Source: Squalus acanthias (taxonomy: Eukaryota). From it: a DNA stretch of 64,000 bases. Numbering within the stretch: position 1 is the first letter of the stretch; the number at the start of each line of letters is the position of its first letter. A model generated the notes under the pieces. The model made no database searches. It was not told where the DNA came from and was given only the letters and a program-made list of their open reading frames with translations. The position numbers were made by a program, and so were the translations under genes. The DNA is taken from contig CM059432.1 in NCBI GenBank assembly GCA_030390025.1, positions 117,058,001 to 117,122,000 of the forward strand, written 5' to 3'. This document shows, one piece after another, positions 38,715-50,397 of this stretch.

Positions 38715-39479
38715 CCTGTTAACTGCTTTGCTAATCCTATTTTGATAGTGGTTTCCCATTTTCATGCTTCTGGCTCCTGTTTCCCGACGTGTCAGAAACA
38801 GGCCAGGTTCAAGGAGATGAGTTGCTGGAGGACATGATTTGTATTCATTGGTGGAGCACTTTAAAAGCGCCCCTGAAACATGGCTGACATTCAAATGCAA
38901 TAACTTTGCTGTTGTAGGTATGGGATAGGATTTTGCACATCTACTGACCTTCTGACTGTTCAAGCTGACACCCATCTGCAGTGTGATATGAATGGATTAA
39001 TTTCAGGCCACTTCGACTGTGCGCTTGCAAGCTTGTTGCCTCAAATGAAATCTATAGCAAGGGGATGGGAAAAATGCATGCCTCTCATCCTGGTCCTCAT
39101 AATCGGAGGAGTAGCAGCCACGTGGCTCAGTGCAGATCTTCCTGGGAAGAGGAGTAGGAGGTGGACGAGGCGTGCCTTGCATGCTCTGTTGTGACCAATG
39201 CAGCATCCCTCCAGTTCACTGCTGCCCGTCAAGCAGGGTATGCACACTGCCATGCCACATTAACATAAGCTTACTCTTCAACCACTTGTCCAACGTCATA
39301 CATCATCTCTGCTATACCCTATTATTTCCTATCACTTTTACCATCAGCATTACAAAAGCAAGTCACCCTGAGCCCTCAATGCGCTTTTGCCATTTCCCAT
39401 AACACATAGGCCACACAATCAACTGTTTGCCATAACAACAGTCAGAAAAAAAAGATAAATTACCCAAGTGACTCCCCCT

Positions 39480-41250
39480 GTGACTATAGGTGCTTAATCT
39501 TTCTCTTATGCATGGTGCTTCCCCTGTGGCTTCAGCAGATGTAGAGGCACCTTGTTGACTAGGATGCTGTGCCTGCTTAGACGCCTTTGGTGGGCATCCT
39601 CTGGGTTTGGGAGCCTGGGAGGGCTCTTCAATAGTCTGCTCTTCCTGCGGCTGTGCAGGGGCTGAAACGACCATCTCAGTTGTCTCTGCAAAGTGGGTCT
39701 CTGACCGAGGGCTCTGCAGTGGCATGGTTGTGTGAGCGCTTTGAGAGGAGCCCACACTTCCTTCTGTCCTGCCAACAACATCCCTCTCATGGGTCAGCTG
39801 CACCTCAGTGCTGGCAAGTGGCTGGAGAACACCTTCATGGCAGTAGTCATCCTTTCCACGGAGGTAGCCAGCCTTTCCATGGAGGTTGCCATCCTATCCA
39901 TGGTGGTGCGTTCATGCGCCATTGCCTCCACCACGGCAGTGCTGATGTTAGAGATGGACTCCTCCACTCTCTCCACACTCGCACTAACCCTGGAGGCAAA
40001 CCCTTCCAGAGACTCCTGCACTTGTTCCTGTATTTCCCGAGAGGCTCTTTTTCTGGATGGCCCCAGAGGCACAGCGTCTGCATGCAGCTCAGCAGAGCTA
40101 GGAGATTGCTGCGACCTCCACCAAGGACTCTCCACTGCTGTCGCTCTCTCCACCATCTGCTGATGCTCACTTGTGCGCTTTGATAGACCAGGTGTCAACA
40201 CTACTCTAACTCGCGATGGCCCCACCGAGGTGTGCGTTGCTGCGCTGGTGCTGGGTGCGCTGAGTCCTGGTGACACTGCTCCCTCAGAGGCTTCAGGTTC
40301 CTCTGAGGAGTTGTCCGGCTCTTCATCCTGGATCATGGGGAGGGGGGCGCTCGATGGTCCTGTGGGAGAGTAAAAGCATGATTTAGACACCTGATATTGA
40401 TGTAGCCGACACATCCTATTCAGCTGATGATACAACGCGATTCTCTATGAACATCATATGCCATTGCATTCTGAGAGGCATGAAACTCTATTATGTCACC
40501 AGCTGCCTCTAGTGTGCCCGTCTCGCCATCGCCCACTTCCAGGTCCTCGCCACCTTCAACAATCTTGTATGCAGCCTTCTCAGCACTGGTCAGTGTGGCT
40601 AGGGTAGCTGTTCCTCCTCCAGTCATTGCTCTCTCCCTCTTACTGTGGGCTATCTTTTCCTGCAAGGAGGGACACAAGCGGTGTTTCAGCCACAGTGATG
40701 GAGTGAGTGTGATTAATCCCTCCCATAAAAGCTTTGAGGGAGACGAAGATGGGGTAAGGTGCCAAGAGGAAGGTAGCTCCCTGTGCGTTGTTATTTGATG
40801 TCACTGCATGACAGTGAGAACGAGACTAAAGGGTGCATAGGCAGGATGCTGAAGTGATTCAGTGCAGAGACAGAGATGGATAGGAAAGGGTGCAAGGGAA
40901 GTAAGAGTAAGGTGGGATGTGAAGGAGGAGGCTTACAACGCAGAGTGCTGGTGATGAGAAGAGAAGGGAAGCAGAGTGAAGGTAAGTGTGATGTGATACT
41001 CACTTTTGATGTTCGCACAAGATCATTAAACCTTTTTCGGCACTGGATCCATGAGTGTGAACATATGGACCTTGCGCTCACCTCCTGAGCAATGCGCAGC
41101 CAGGCTGCCTTGGTCTGCTGAGGAGGCTTCCTCCGGCCATCAGGAGGGAAGAGAATCTCCCTGCGCCCTCTGACAGCATCCACAAGAGCATGGAGGGACT
41201 CATCATTAAACCGAGGAGCTGCCTAGCCTCTGGAAGAAGTCTTGCGTCAA
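39480..41250 (-). pseudogene. Harbinger Myb/SANT-like gene, three exons (~41250-41004, 40659-40500, ~40358-39480)
   Basis: AWLRIAQEVSARS..SWIQCRKRFNDL; GTGAGT and GTGACA donors, TTGCAG acceptor; heptad-repeat C-terminus. Confidence 0.88.
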
Positions 41251-42541
41251 AATCAATATCAATGAGTCCAGGAATCCACATGAGAAAGGCTTAGGTTGAA
41301 TGGCAGCTTTAAAAGCAGCTGCTATGATGATGTCATCAGAGGCGGCCAGCCGACCTGATCGCACTCATTGGACTGGCCAGTGTGCCTCATTGAAATCAAC
41401 AAGCTCACTGAATCAAAACCGGACATCAGTAGCTGATCCTGCTGGAAGCGGCTCCCGAACCCGCCCAGCACGCAACCCGACTCCAACCCGCCTCGGCAAT
41501 TAAAATCGAGCCCCTTGTGTCCTCCTCACAACTTGCTTTCCCACCTATCTTTGTACCATCAGCAAATTTGGCAACAGTACACTCGGTCCCTTCATCAAAG
41601 TCATTAATATAGATTGTAAGTAGCTGAGGCCCCAGCACTGATCCCTGTGGCACCCCACTAGTTACAGTTTTTCAACCTGAAAATGACTCATTTATTCCGA
41701 CTCCCTGTTTTCTGTCAGTTAGCCAATCCTCTATCCATGCTAATATATTACTCCCAACACCGTGAGCTCTTATCTTGTTCAGTAACCTTTTATGTGGCAT
41801 CTTATCGAATGCCTTCTGGAAATCCAAATACACTACATCTACTGGTTCTCCTTGATCCACCCTGCTCCTTAAAGAACTCTAGTAAATTTATCAAACACGA
41901 TTTCCCTTTCATAAAACTATGTTGACTCTGCTTGATTGTATTATGATTTTCTAAATGTCCTGCTATTACTTCCTTAATAATGGACCCCAGCATTTTCCCA
42001 ATGACAGATGTTAGGCTAACTGGCCTATAGTTTCCTGCTTTCTGTCTCCCTCCTTTCTTGAATATGGGCGTTACATTTGCGGTTTTCCAATCCGCTGGGA
42101 TCATTCCAGAATCCAGGGAATTTGGGAGATTACAACCAATGTATCCACTATCTCTGCAGTCACCTCTCTTAAGACCCTAGGGGGGAGAAATTCAGTATCG
42201 CCCCATTTGGGGCGCAATTATCGGCCGGGCGCAAAGATTGGCGCATGGCGCTAATTATCGCCTCCGACTGCAAACTTGACTTTTATCGCCCCTGGAGGTG
42301 ATTGGAGCGCTAAATCAGGCGCTACACACCTGTCTTAAGGTGCAAAGGCTGAGGAGCGAGGCGCTAACTCAGAGCGCGGGCGCAGCGCAGGTGCTGTCAG
42401 TTAGCGATGGAACACAGACACACTGGCGCCGGACAGTTCTTAAAGGGGAGGGTCAATCTTGCACTCCAGCCACACCCTGCTCATTGGAGCCTTGAATCTC
42501 GGCCTGGAGAGACCTGTGCCTAAATCTTCCAGCCAAGGACT

Positions 42542-44302
42542 ATGGAGAGGGTGAGAGAACGAGCTCAGCGCTTCAGCGAGCGGACCTTGGATGCTCTGGT
42601 TGGCGCAGTGGAGCGCAGAAGATCTATACTCTTCCCTGAGAGTGGCAGGAGGCCTTTGCCGTGCGAGTACAGAAGAGTGTGGAGGGAGGTGGCTCAGAGT
42701 GTCTCCTCCAGGAGCATGGTGCCCAGGACCCATATACAATGTCGAAAAAAGTTCAACGACCTCACTCGGGTCGTCAGGATGAGTGGCTTTTTTTCAATAC
42801 CTCTCCATCCCTCCATCTCAACCTCACTCTATGGCCAGAGGGTCTTAAAACCCCAATGCACAACGCTCATCCAACACCTATGGCCCTCTCATGAAACACA
42901 CATGCACATTCCACACTTTGCATACAGTAAGGGCTATTCACCTATGGGAGGCACATCAGGCAAGACCATGGCTGTATATTTACTCAGACGCCGTCCTTTT
43001 TCTTGCAGGCCAAGCTATCTCATAATAGGAGACAGCAGCAATGGACGGGTGGAGGGCAGCCTCAGCTGCAACCCCTCAGCGATCTTGAGGCGCGCGTCCA
43101 CAGGACGCAAGCCGGGTGATCGGTCCCCTCGCCACTGGAGACACCGACCCTGATCTGGACAGCAATGGTAAGGTCATCACCTTTATGTCCTCTGTCCTTC
43201 CACTTGTCCCTCACAACACCAGCCTTTGACACTTTCAATCCAACTTACTAAATCGCTGCACTCATTCCTCCCTTACTGCCACCCTGTCCTCACGCTAAAG
43301 CCACTCTTGTACCTCCCTGCTTTCAGATGGTGATTCACCAGCTGAGGAGACGGGCCTTCAAGCTGCCAGTGGGAGTGAAGCTGCAGCCGAGGAGGAAGAT
43401 GAAGGCGGAGCATCAGCGCCACCCTCTCCCGAGGAAGCCCATGCCTACACTGGGAACATGCCTTCCCTGGAGGGGAGCAGGGGGGAAGGGTCTGATGAGG
43501 GTGAAGCTCCAAGACCCAGCGGGCTGCAGCAACGCCATGGGGGTATGGAAGCTCGGGGCCTTCTCCCCGGAGGGAGAGTATGCCAGCGAGTCCTACTGCA
43601 CTGGACGCAGAGGAGGAGCGGCTCATCGCTGAAATGAACACACAGGCGGTGGACATGCACACTCAGCTCATGGGTGCAGTGGGAAGGGGGCCCGAATGCA
43701 TTGAATCACTGGCAAGGAGTGTGGAGCACTTCGCTGTAGCACAGGCGGATGCCACACAAATGTTTAGTGCTGCAATTCAGTCAATGGCTGCCATGAAGCC
43801 ATCTCTGACTGCTCTCCTGCAGACTCACATTGAGGCAACGCGACCACTGACTGCTGACATCCTCGATGGTTCATACACATTTCCCCGTTGCGCTCACCGC
43901 GCCGCAGCAGGCCAGCAATCTGTGCTCCAGCAGATTGCTCCGGATGCTGAAGTGCTGCCCCGTGGGAGTGCCAGTGTGTCGGTCGAGCAGGGAGTTGCTG
44001 TCCTCTCTCAAGATGACAGCATTCCTGCTGCCACCAGTGTCACTTCTCCACTGCACTTGCCATCGCCTGTAGGACAGACTGCTGCCGCCCATGCAGAGTT
44101 GGTACAGTCTGCAGCCAGGCCCTCCAGGCCCAAAGCTTGTCGAGGCCGTCCTTCAAGGGCATCTGCAGTCTCAGGTTCTGACAATCAGCAGCCTTCCACC
44201 AGCCTTGCTGCAGCCACTGAGGTCCCATTACAGAGGAGCAGTAGGGTGGGAAGGGGGGAAGTGCGCAAGGGAAGGAGATCACCCTCGAAGGGCAAAATGT
44301 AG
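42542..44302 (+). pseudogene. Harbinger Myb/SANT-like gene, three exons (42542-42778, 43009-43167, 43327-44302)
   Basis: MERVRERAQRFSERTLDALV..VWREVAQSVS..RTHIQCRKKFNDL; donor 1 mutated to ATGAGT; cttgcag and ctttcag acceptors; GTAAGG donor 2. Confidence 0.88.
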
Positions 44303-44370
44303 GAGGTGTGACAAAATGTTGTTCATTTTTTTATTAAAGGCTGAGGTTCGTGGTCAAACTTTTAAACATT

Positions 44371-45086
44371 GGCCCAGAAATTGGAGTTCGATGGTTGCTG
44401 CGGGGGTAAGGATCCCCCGCGATATCGCACTCCGCGCCGACCTTTATGGTTTTGACCCACACGAACTTCAGTTCCTGGGCCTTTCCCTGGTGCTGGCGCA
44501 CAGTGTGTGCGTGTCCCAGAGGCGCAGTTAGTGCGATGCGACCTCTGGGATCACGTGGGCCAGTTAGAGCCAATGGCAGCACACCATCTTTCATTCATGC
44601 TGTCAAAACTATGAATACAACAAGCCCCCAAAAGAACAGCTAAACCTCAATTAAATTTAAAAAAAAAGCCATCACATTAATAAAATAACTAATTAAATAA
44701 ATTAAACACTTTATACAAAAATTTAAATTTTGAAAAAATTTTAATTCTTTTTAAAAGTTATAAAAATAAACTTACCTTTCTTTAAAGTCTCTAAAAAAGA
44801 TAAACCTGTTGAAAAAAATTTAAAATAATACTTAATTAACTACTTACCTTGTTAAAAGGGGGTCTTACGCCTGCTTTCTTTATGTGTAAAATCTTCAACA
44901 CTTACCCTCGCGTTCAAACCTGAAAAAAAATCTAAGTGCGCTGCGTGCGCGCAGCCTGTAGCACGCACGCGGTTCACTTAGGAACCGTCCTCTTCGCAAT
45001 ACCCAAAGTGCTGGTTTCCCGCGCATGCGCAGTGCATGCAGGAAACCGTCACTTCGGGACCTAATATGCGAGATAATTTTCGGGCC
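44371..45086. mobile_element. Harbinger MITE nested between the convergent genes
   Basis: TIR ggcccagaaatt / aattttcgggcc; ATT at 44368-44370 and 45087-45089; AT-rich core. Confidence 0.88.
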
Positions 45087-45320
45087 ATTATCTCCAGGTT
45101 ATGAGAACCAGTTATGTTAATGACTGTGTTTTTGTGTTTCTTTCTATTAGTTTGTTATGAGGAAATGACACACACACAGTTTGTGAAATAAATAAGTTTT
45201 TGTATTCAAAATGTACATGTTTGGTCTTTGGAATAATTGCTGCCTTGGCCAGCTTAGGGGTTGCAGGTTGGTTTCATTCATGTTGTTCTCAATGGCAGAA
45301 GCCATTTCCTCAGCAGGGGC

Positions 45321-45966
45321 CTAGAAGCGGCTTGCTATCAGCCGCTGACGGACGGCCCTTCCAGTTTCTACATTGTGGGCCTCCCTCCCGCCTTGGTGCT
45401 GCTGATGATCATCCTCCTCCTCTTCCTCCTCCTCTTCCTCCTCCTCTTCCTCCACCTCTTCCTCCTCCTCCTCCGGTGGTGCTCCAAGGCCTGGTGGCAT
45501 TGGCTGGGTCCTGAGGATTGCCAGGTTATGCAGCATGCAGCACACAACTACGAAGTGGGAAACTCGCTCAGGCGAGTACTGCAGGGCTCCTCCAGAATGG
45601 TCCAGACAGCGGAACCGTTGCTTGAGCACGCCGATTGTGTGCTCAGCGATGTTCCTGGTAGCTTGATCGCTCTCATTGTACCGCAGCTAAGCAGGGGTGT
45701 TGGGTGTACGGAGCGGTGTCATCAGCCAGGTGCTCAGTGGAAAACCCTTGTCCCCGAGAAGCCAACCAACTGGCTGATGCGATGCCTGGAAAAGTTCTGC
45801 CACAGTAGTCTGGCGCAGGATGAATGCATCGTGGCAGCTGCCAGGATAGTGGGCATTGACAGCGAGTATCAGCTGTCTGTGGTCACAGACCAACTAAACG
45901 TTTAAGGAATGGAACCCCTTTCTGTTGCAGAAATCCTCGGCATTCTCATGCGGAGCACGCAAAGCC
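45321..45966 (-). pseudogene. 3' half of Harbinger transposase (duplicated copy)
   Basis: LLGDKGFP, LKQRFRCLDHSGGALQY, CCMLHN, poly-Glu tail. Confidence 0.92.
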
Positions 45967-47668
45967 ACAGAAGAGTGTGGAGGGAGGTGGCTCAGAGTGT
46001 CTCCTCCAGGAGCATGGTGCCCAGGACCCATATACAATGTCGAAAAAAGTTCAACGACCTCACTCGGGTCGTCAGGATGAGTGGCTTTTTTTCAATACCT
46101 CTCCATCCCTCCATCTCAACCTCACTCTATGGCCAGAGGGTCTTAAAACCCCAATGCACAACGCTCATCCAACACCTATGGCCCTCTCATGAAACACACA
46201 TGCACATTCCACACTTTGCATACAGTAAGGGCTATTCACCTATGGGAGGCACATCAGGCAAGACCATGGCTGTATATTTACTCAGACGCCGTCCTTTTTC
46301 TTGCAGGCCAAGCTATCTCATAATAGGAGACAGCAGCAATGGACGGGTGGAGGGCAGCCTCAGCTGCAACCCCTCAGCGATCTTGAGGCGCGCGTCCACA
46401 GGACGCAAGCCGGGTGATCGGTCCCCTCGCCACTGGAGACACCGACCCTGATCTGGACAGCAATGGTAAGGTCATCACCTTTATGTCCTCTGTCCTTCCA
46501 CTTGTCCCTCACAACACCAGCCTTTGACACTTTCAATCCAACTTACTAAATCGCTGCACTCATTCCTCCCTTACTGCCACCCTGTCCTCACGCTAAAGCC
46601 ACTCTTGTACCTCCCTGCTTTCAGATGGTGATTCACCAGCTGAGGAGACGGGCCTTCAAGCTGCCAGTGGGAGTGAAGCTGCAGCCGAGGAGGAAGATGA
46701 AGGCGGAGCATCAGCGCCACCCTCTCCCGAGGAAGCCCATGCCTACACTGGGAACATGCCTTCCCTGGAGGGGAGCAGGGGGGAAGGGTCTGATGAGGGT
46801 GAAGCTCCAAGACCCAGCGGGCTGCAGCAACGCCATGGGGGTATGGAAGCTCGGGGCCTTCTCCCCGGAGGGAGAGTATGCCAGCGAGTCCTACTGCACT
46901 GGACGCAGAGGAGGAGCGGCTCATCGCTGAAATGAACACACAGGCGGTGGACATGCACACTCAGCTCATGGGTGCAGTGGGAAGGGGGCCCGAATGCATT
47001 GAATCACTGGCAAGGAGTGTGGAGCACTTCGCTGTAGCACAGGCGGATGCCACACAAATGTTTAGTGCTGCAATTCAGTCAATGGCTGCCATGAAGCCAT
47101 CTCTGACTGCTCTCCTGCAGACTCACATTGAGGCAACGCGACCACTGACTGCTGACATCCTCGATGGTTCATACACATTTCCCCGTTGCGCTCACCGCGC
47201 CGCAGCAGGCCAGCAATCTGTGCTCCAGCAGATTGCTCCGGATGCTGAAGTGCTGCCCCGTGGGAGTGCCAGTGTGTCGGTCGAGCAGGGAGTTGCTGTC
47301 CTCTCTCAAGATGACAGCATTCCTGCTGCCACCAGTGTCACTTCTCCACTGCACTTGCCATCGCCTGTAGGACAGACTGCTGCCGCCCATGCAGAGTTGG
47401 TACAGTCTGCAGCCAGGCCCTCCAGGCCCAAAGCTTGTCGAGGCCGTCCTTCAAGGGCATCTGCAGTCTCAGGTTCTGACAATCAGCAGCCTTCCACCAG
47501 CCTTGCTGCAGCCACTGAGGTCCCATTACAGAGGAGCAGTAGGGTGGGAAGGGGGGAAGTGCGCAAGGGAAGGAGATCACCCTCGAAGGGCAAAATGTAG
47601 GAGGTGTGACAAAATGTTGTTCATTTTTTTATTAAAGGCTGAGGTTCGTGGTCAAACTTTTAAACATT

Positions 47669-48383
47669 GGCCCAGAAATTGGAGTTCGATGGTTGCTGCG
47701 GGGGTAAGGATCCCCCGCGATATCGCACTCCGCGCCGACCTTTATGGTTTTGACCCACACGAACTTCAGTTCCTGGGCCTTTCCCTGGTGCTGGCGCACA
47801 GTGTGTGCGTGTCCCAGAGGCGCAGTTAGTGCGATGCGACCTCTGGGATCACGTGGGCCAGTTAGAGCCAATGGCAGCACACCATCTTTCATTCATGCTG
47901 TCAAAACTATGAATACAACAAGCCCCCAAAAGAACAGCTAAACCTCAATTAAATTTAAAAAAAAGCCATCACATTAATAAAATAACTAATTAAATAAATT
48001 AAACACTTTATACAAAAATTTAAATTTTGAAAAAATTTTAATTCTTTTTAAAAGTTATAAAAATAAACTTACCTTTCTTTAAAGTCTCTAAAAAAGATAA
48101 ACCTGTTGAAAAAAATTTAAAATAATACTTAATTAACTACTTACCTTGTTAAAAGGGGGTCTTACGCCTGCTTTCTTTATGTGTAAAATCTTCAACACTT
48201 ACCCTCGCGTTCAAACCTGAAAAAAAATCTAAGTGCGCTGCGTGCGCGCAGCCTGTAGCACGCACGCGGTTCACTTAGGAACCGTCCTCTTCGCAATACC
48301 CAAAGTGCTGGTTTCCCGCGCATGCGCAGTGCATGCAGGAAACCGTCACTTCGGGACCTAATACGCGAGATAATTTTCGGGCC
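47669..48383. mobile_element. Second copy of the nested Harbinger MITE
   Basis: Part of the tandem duplication; same TIR and ATT TSD. Confidence 0.88.
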
Positions 48384-48617
48384 ATTATCTCCAGGTTATG
48401 AGAACCAGTTATGTTAATGACTGTGTTTTTGTGTTTCTTTCTATTAGTTTGTTATGAGGAAATGACACACACACAGTTTGTGAAATAAATAAGTTTTTGT
48501 ATTCAAAATGTACATGTTTGGTCTTTGGAATAATTGCTGCCTTGGCCAGCTTAGGGGTTGCAGGTTGGTTTCATTCATGTTGTTCTCAATGGCAGAAGCC
48601 ATTTCCTCAGCAGGGGC

Positions 48618-49802
48618 CTAGAAGCGGCTTGCTATCAGCTGCTGACGGACGGCCCTTCCAGTTTCTACATTGTGGGCCTCCCTCCCGCCTTGGTGCTGCT
48701 GATGATCATCCTCCTCCTCTTCCTCCTCCTCTTCCTCCTCCTCTTCCTCCACCTCTTCCTCCTCCTCCTCCGGTGGTGCTCCAAGGCCTGGTGGCATTGG
48801 CTGGGTCCTGAGGATTGCCAGGTTATGCAGCATGCAGCACACAACTACGAAGTGGGAAACTCGCTCAGGCGAGTACTGCAGGGCTCCTCCAGAATGGTCC
48901 AGACAGCGGAACCGTTGCTTGAGCACGCCGATTGTGTGCTCAGCGATGTTCCTGGTAGCTTGATCGCTCTCATTGTACCGCAGCTAAGCAGGGGTGTTGG
49001 GCGTACGGAGCGGTGTCATCAGCCAGGTGCTCAGTGGAAAACCCTTGTCCCCGAGAAGCCAACCAACTGGCTGATGCGATGCCTGGAAAAGTTCTGCCAC
49101 AGTAGTCTGGCGCAGGATGAATGCATCGTGGCAGCTGCCAGGATAGTGGGCATTGACAGCGAGTATCAGCTGTCTGTGGTCACAGACCAACTAAACGTTT
49201 AAGGAATGGAACCCCTTTCTGTTGCAGAAATCCTCGGCATTCTCATGCGGAGCACGCAAAGCCACATGCGTGCAGTCAATGGCGCCCTGCACCATGGGGA
49301 AGCCCGCTATCCTAGCAAAGCCCATTGCGCGTTCTTGCTGCTTGTCTGGGGTCATGGGGAAAGAGATGTACTCTTGTCTCCTTTTAAAGAGGGCATTTGT
49401 GACCTGACGGATGCAGCAATGCACCGCGAACTAGGAGATATTGGCGATGTCCCCAGTAGCTGATTGAAATGAGCCAGTGGCATAAAAGTTCAGAGCCACT
49501 GTGATCTTCACTGCCACCGACAGAGACGTCCTGGACCTCAGTTGAGGCTGCAGATCTGGCTGCAGCAGGTGGCAGAGATCAGTGACTACCTCCTTGCTGA
49601 AGCGCAGCCTTCGCAAACACTGCTCCTCAGACATATTAATATATGTGAATTGTTGGCGATATACCCTGGGAGGGTAAGGTCTCCTGTACAGAGGCCTGTT
49701 GGCCCTCTTCCATCTGGCCATGATTGCCACTCTCTATCTGCGTCTCGGTGTCCTCCAATTCTGGTGGAGCAGGACGACGCCTCCAATCAGTGCAGCCCCC
49801 AC
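48618..49802 (-). pseudogene. Full-length Harbinger DDE transposase in a single frame with four internal TAG codons and a GTG start
   Basis: ORF pieces 49431-49730, 49191-49424, 48984-49190 and 48618-48926 are co-linear in one frame; GAIDCTHV, GDKGFP, AEHTIG. Confidence 0.95.
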
Positions 49803-50397
49803 AGTCTCTTGGCAATCAAAGTTATGAAGGTCAAAAACCAAAGTACCTGCAAAGTAATGATCAGTAGCCAAAACTACCTCACACAGCGTTGACTCAATGC
49901 AGAAGTCTCTCTATCTCTCTCTCAGAACGAGTGGTGCAAAAATGTCAACCACAGAGAAAGACAGGAAGAGGCCCCCTTTAAATAGCGCCCCCCCCAGCCC
50001 CACAGCGACTGGGGAGCATTCCAGTCTTCCAGTCGTTGGTTGCGCCAGGCGGAAAGGATGGGGCGCCACTCAATTCCTGCTCCGGGGCGCCACAAGGGTG
50101 TTGCACCCTCGTATGACGTCAAGATCTGCGTGCGCAGGAGATCGTGGCGGTAAAGTTTAGCGCTGCCGCAAAATGTCTAGTTAATTTCGCGAGCGGCGCA
50201 AATATCGCTGCGCCCGGGCGCTAGTTGCTTTACGCCCCATTAGCGCCCTCTTATTAATTCCCCAGTCTCATCCTCTAAGGGACCAATGTTTACTTTAGCT
50301 ACTCTCTTGCTTTTTATATACCTGTAGAAGCTCTTACTGTCCTTTTTTATATTTCTTGCTAGATTGAATAGATTGTGTTCCAGTTGACAGTTTATTC

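Larger units (their letters stand above)
37797..41513. mobile_element. PIF/Harbinger transposon with Myb gene retained and transposase mostly deleted
   Basis: TIR gggct(t/c)gattttaat (14/15); TSD TTT/CTT; Myb gene on minus. Confidence 0.92.
42669..49263. repeat. Tandem direct duplication: 42669-45966 and 45967-49263
   Basis: Identical ORF sets offset by 3298/3297 bp; ACA microhomology at the breakpoints. Confidence 0.97.
42181..50253. mobile_element. PIF/Harbinger transposon with internal 3.3-kb tandem duplication; right terminus (~40 bp) deleted
   Basis: Left TIR gggggagaaattc after TAG; both arms align to MITE 1343-2232; Myb on plus, transposase on minus. Confidence 0.93.
36916..50375 (-). 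mobile_element. Young CR1 fragmented by two Harbinger insertions; pieces 36916-37796, 41514-42180, 50254-50375
   Basis: Reading continues across the inserts (CEEDT..SLQR, SFYRYIKSKRVAKVNIGPLEDETGELI); tail at 36916-36935. Confidence 0.9.

Noticed and set aside
45261..45905. 214-aa Leu/Phe-rich ORF that looks like a membrane protein (also 48558-49202)
   Set aside because: Antisense shadow of the transposase; the hydrophobic run is the complement of the poly-Glu (GAG/GAA) tract
45909..46451. Novel 180-aa protein
   Set aside because: Artefact of the duplication junction: antisense transposase plus half of Myb exon 1 reading into intron 1
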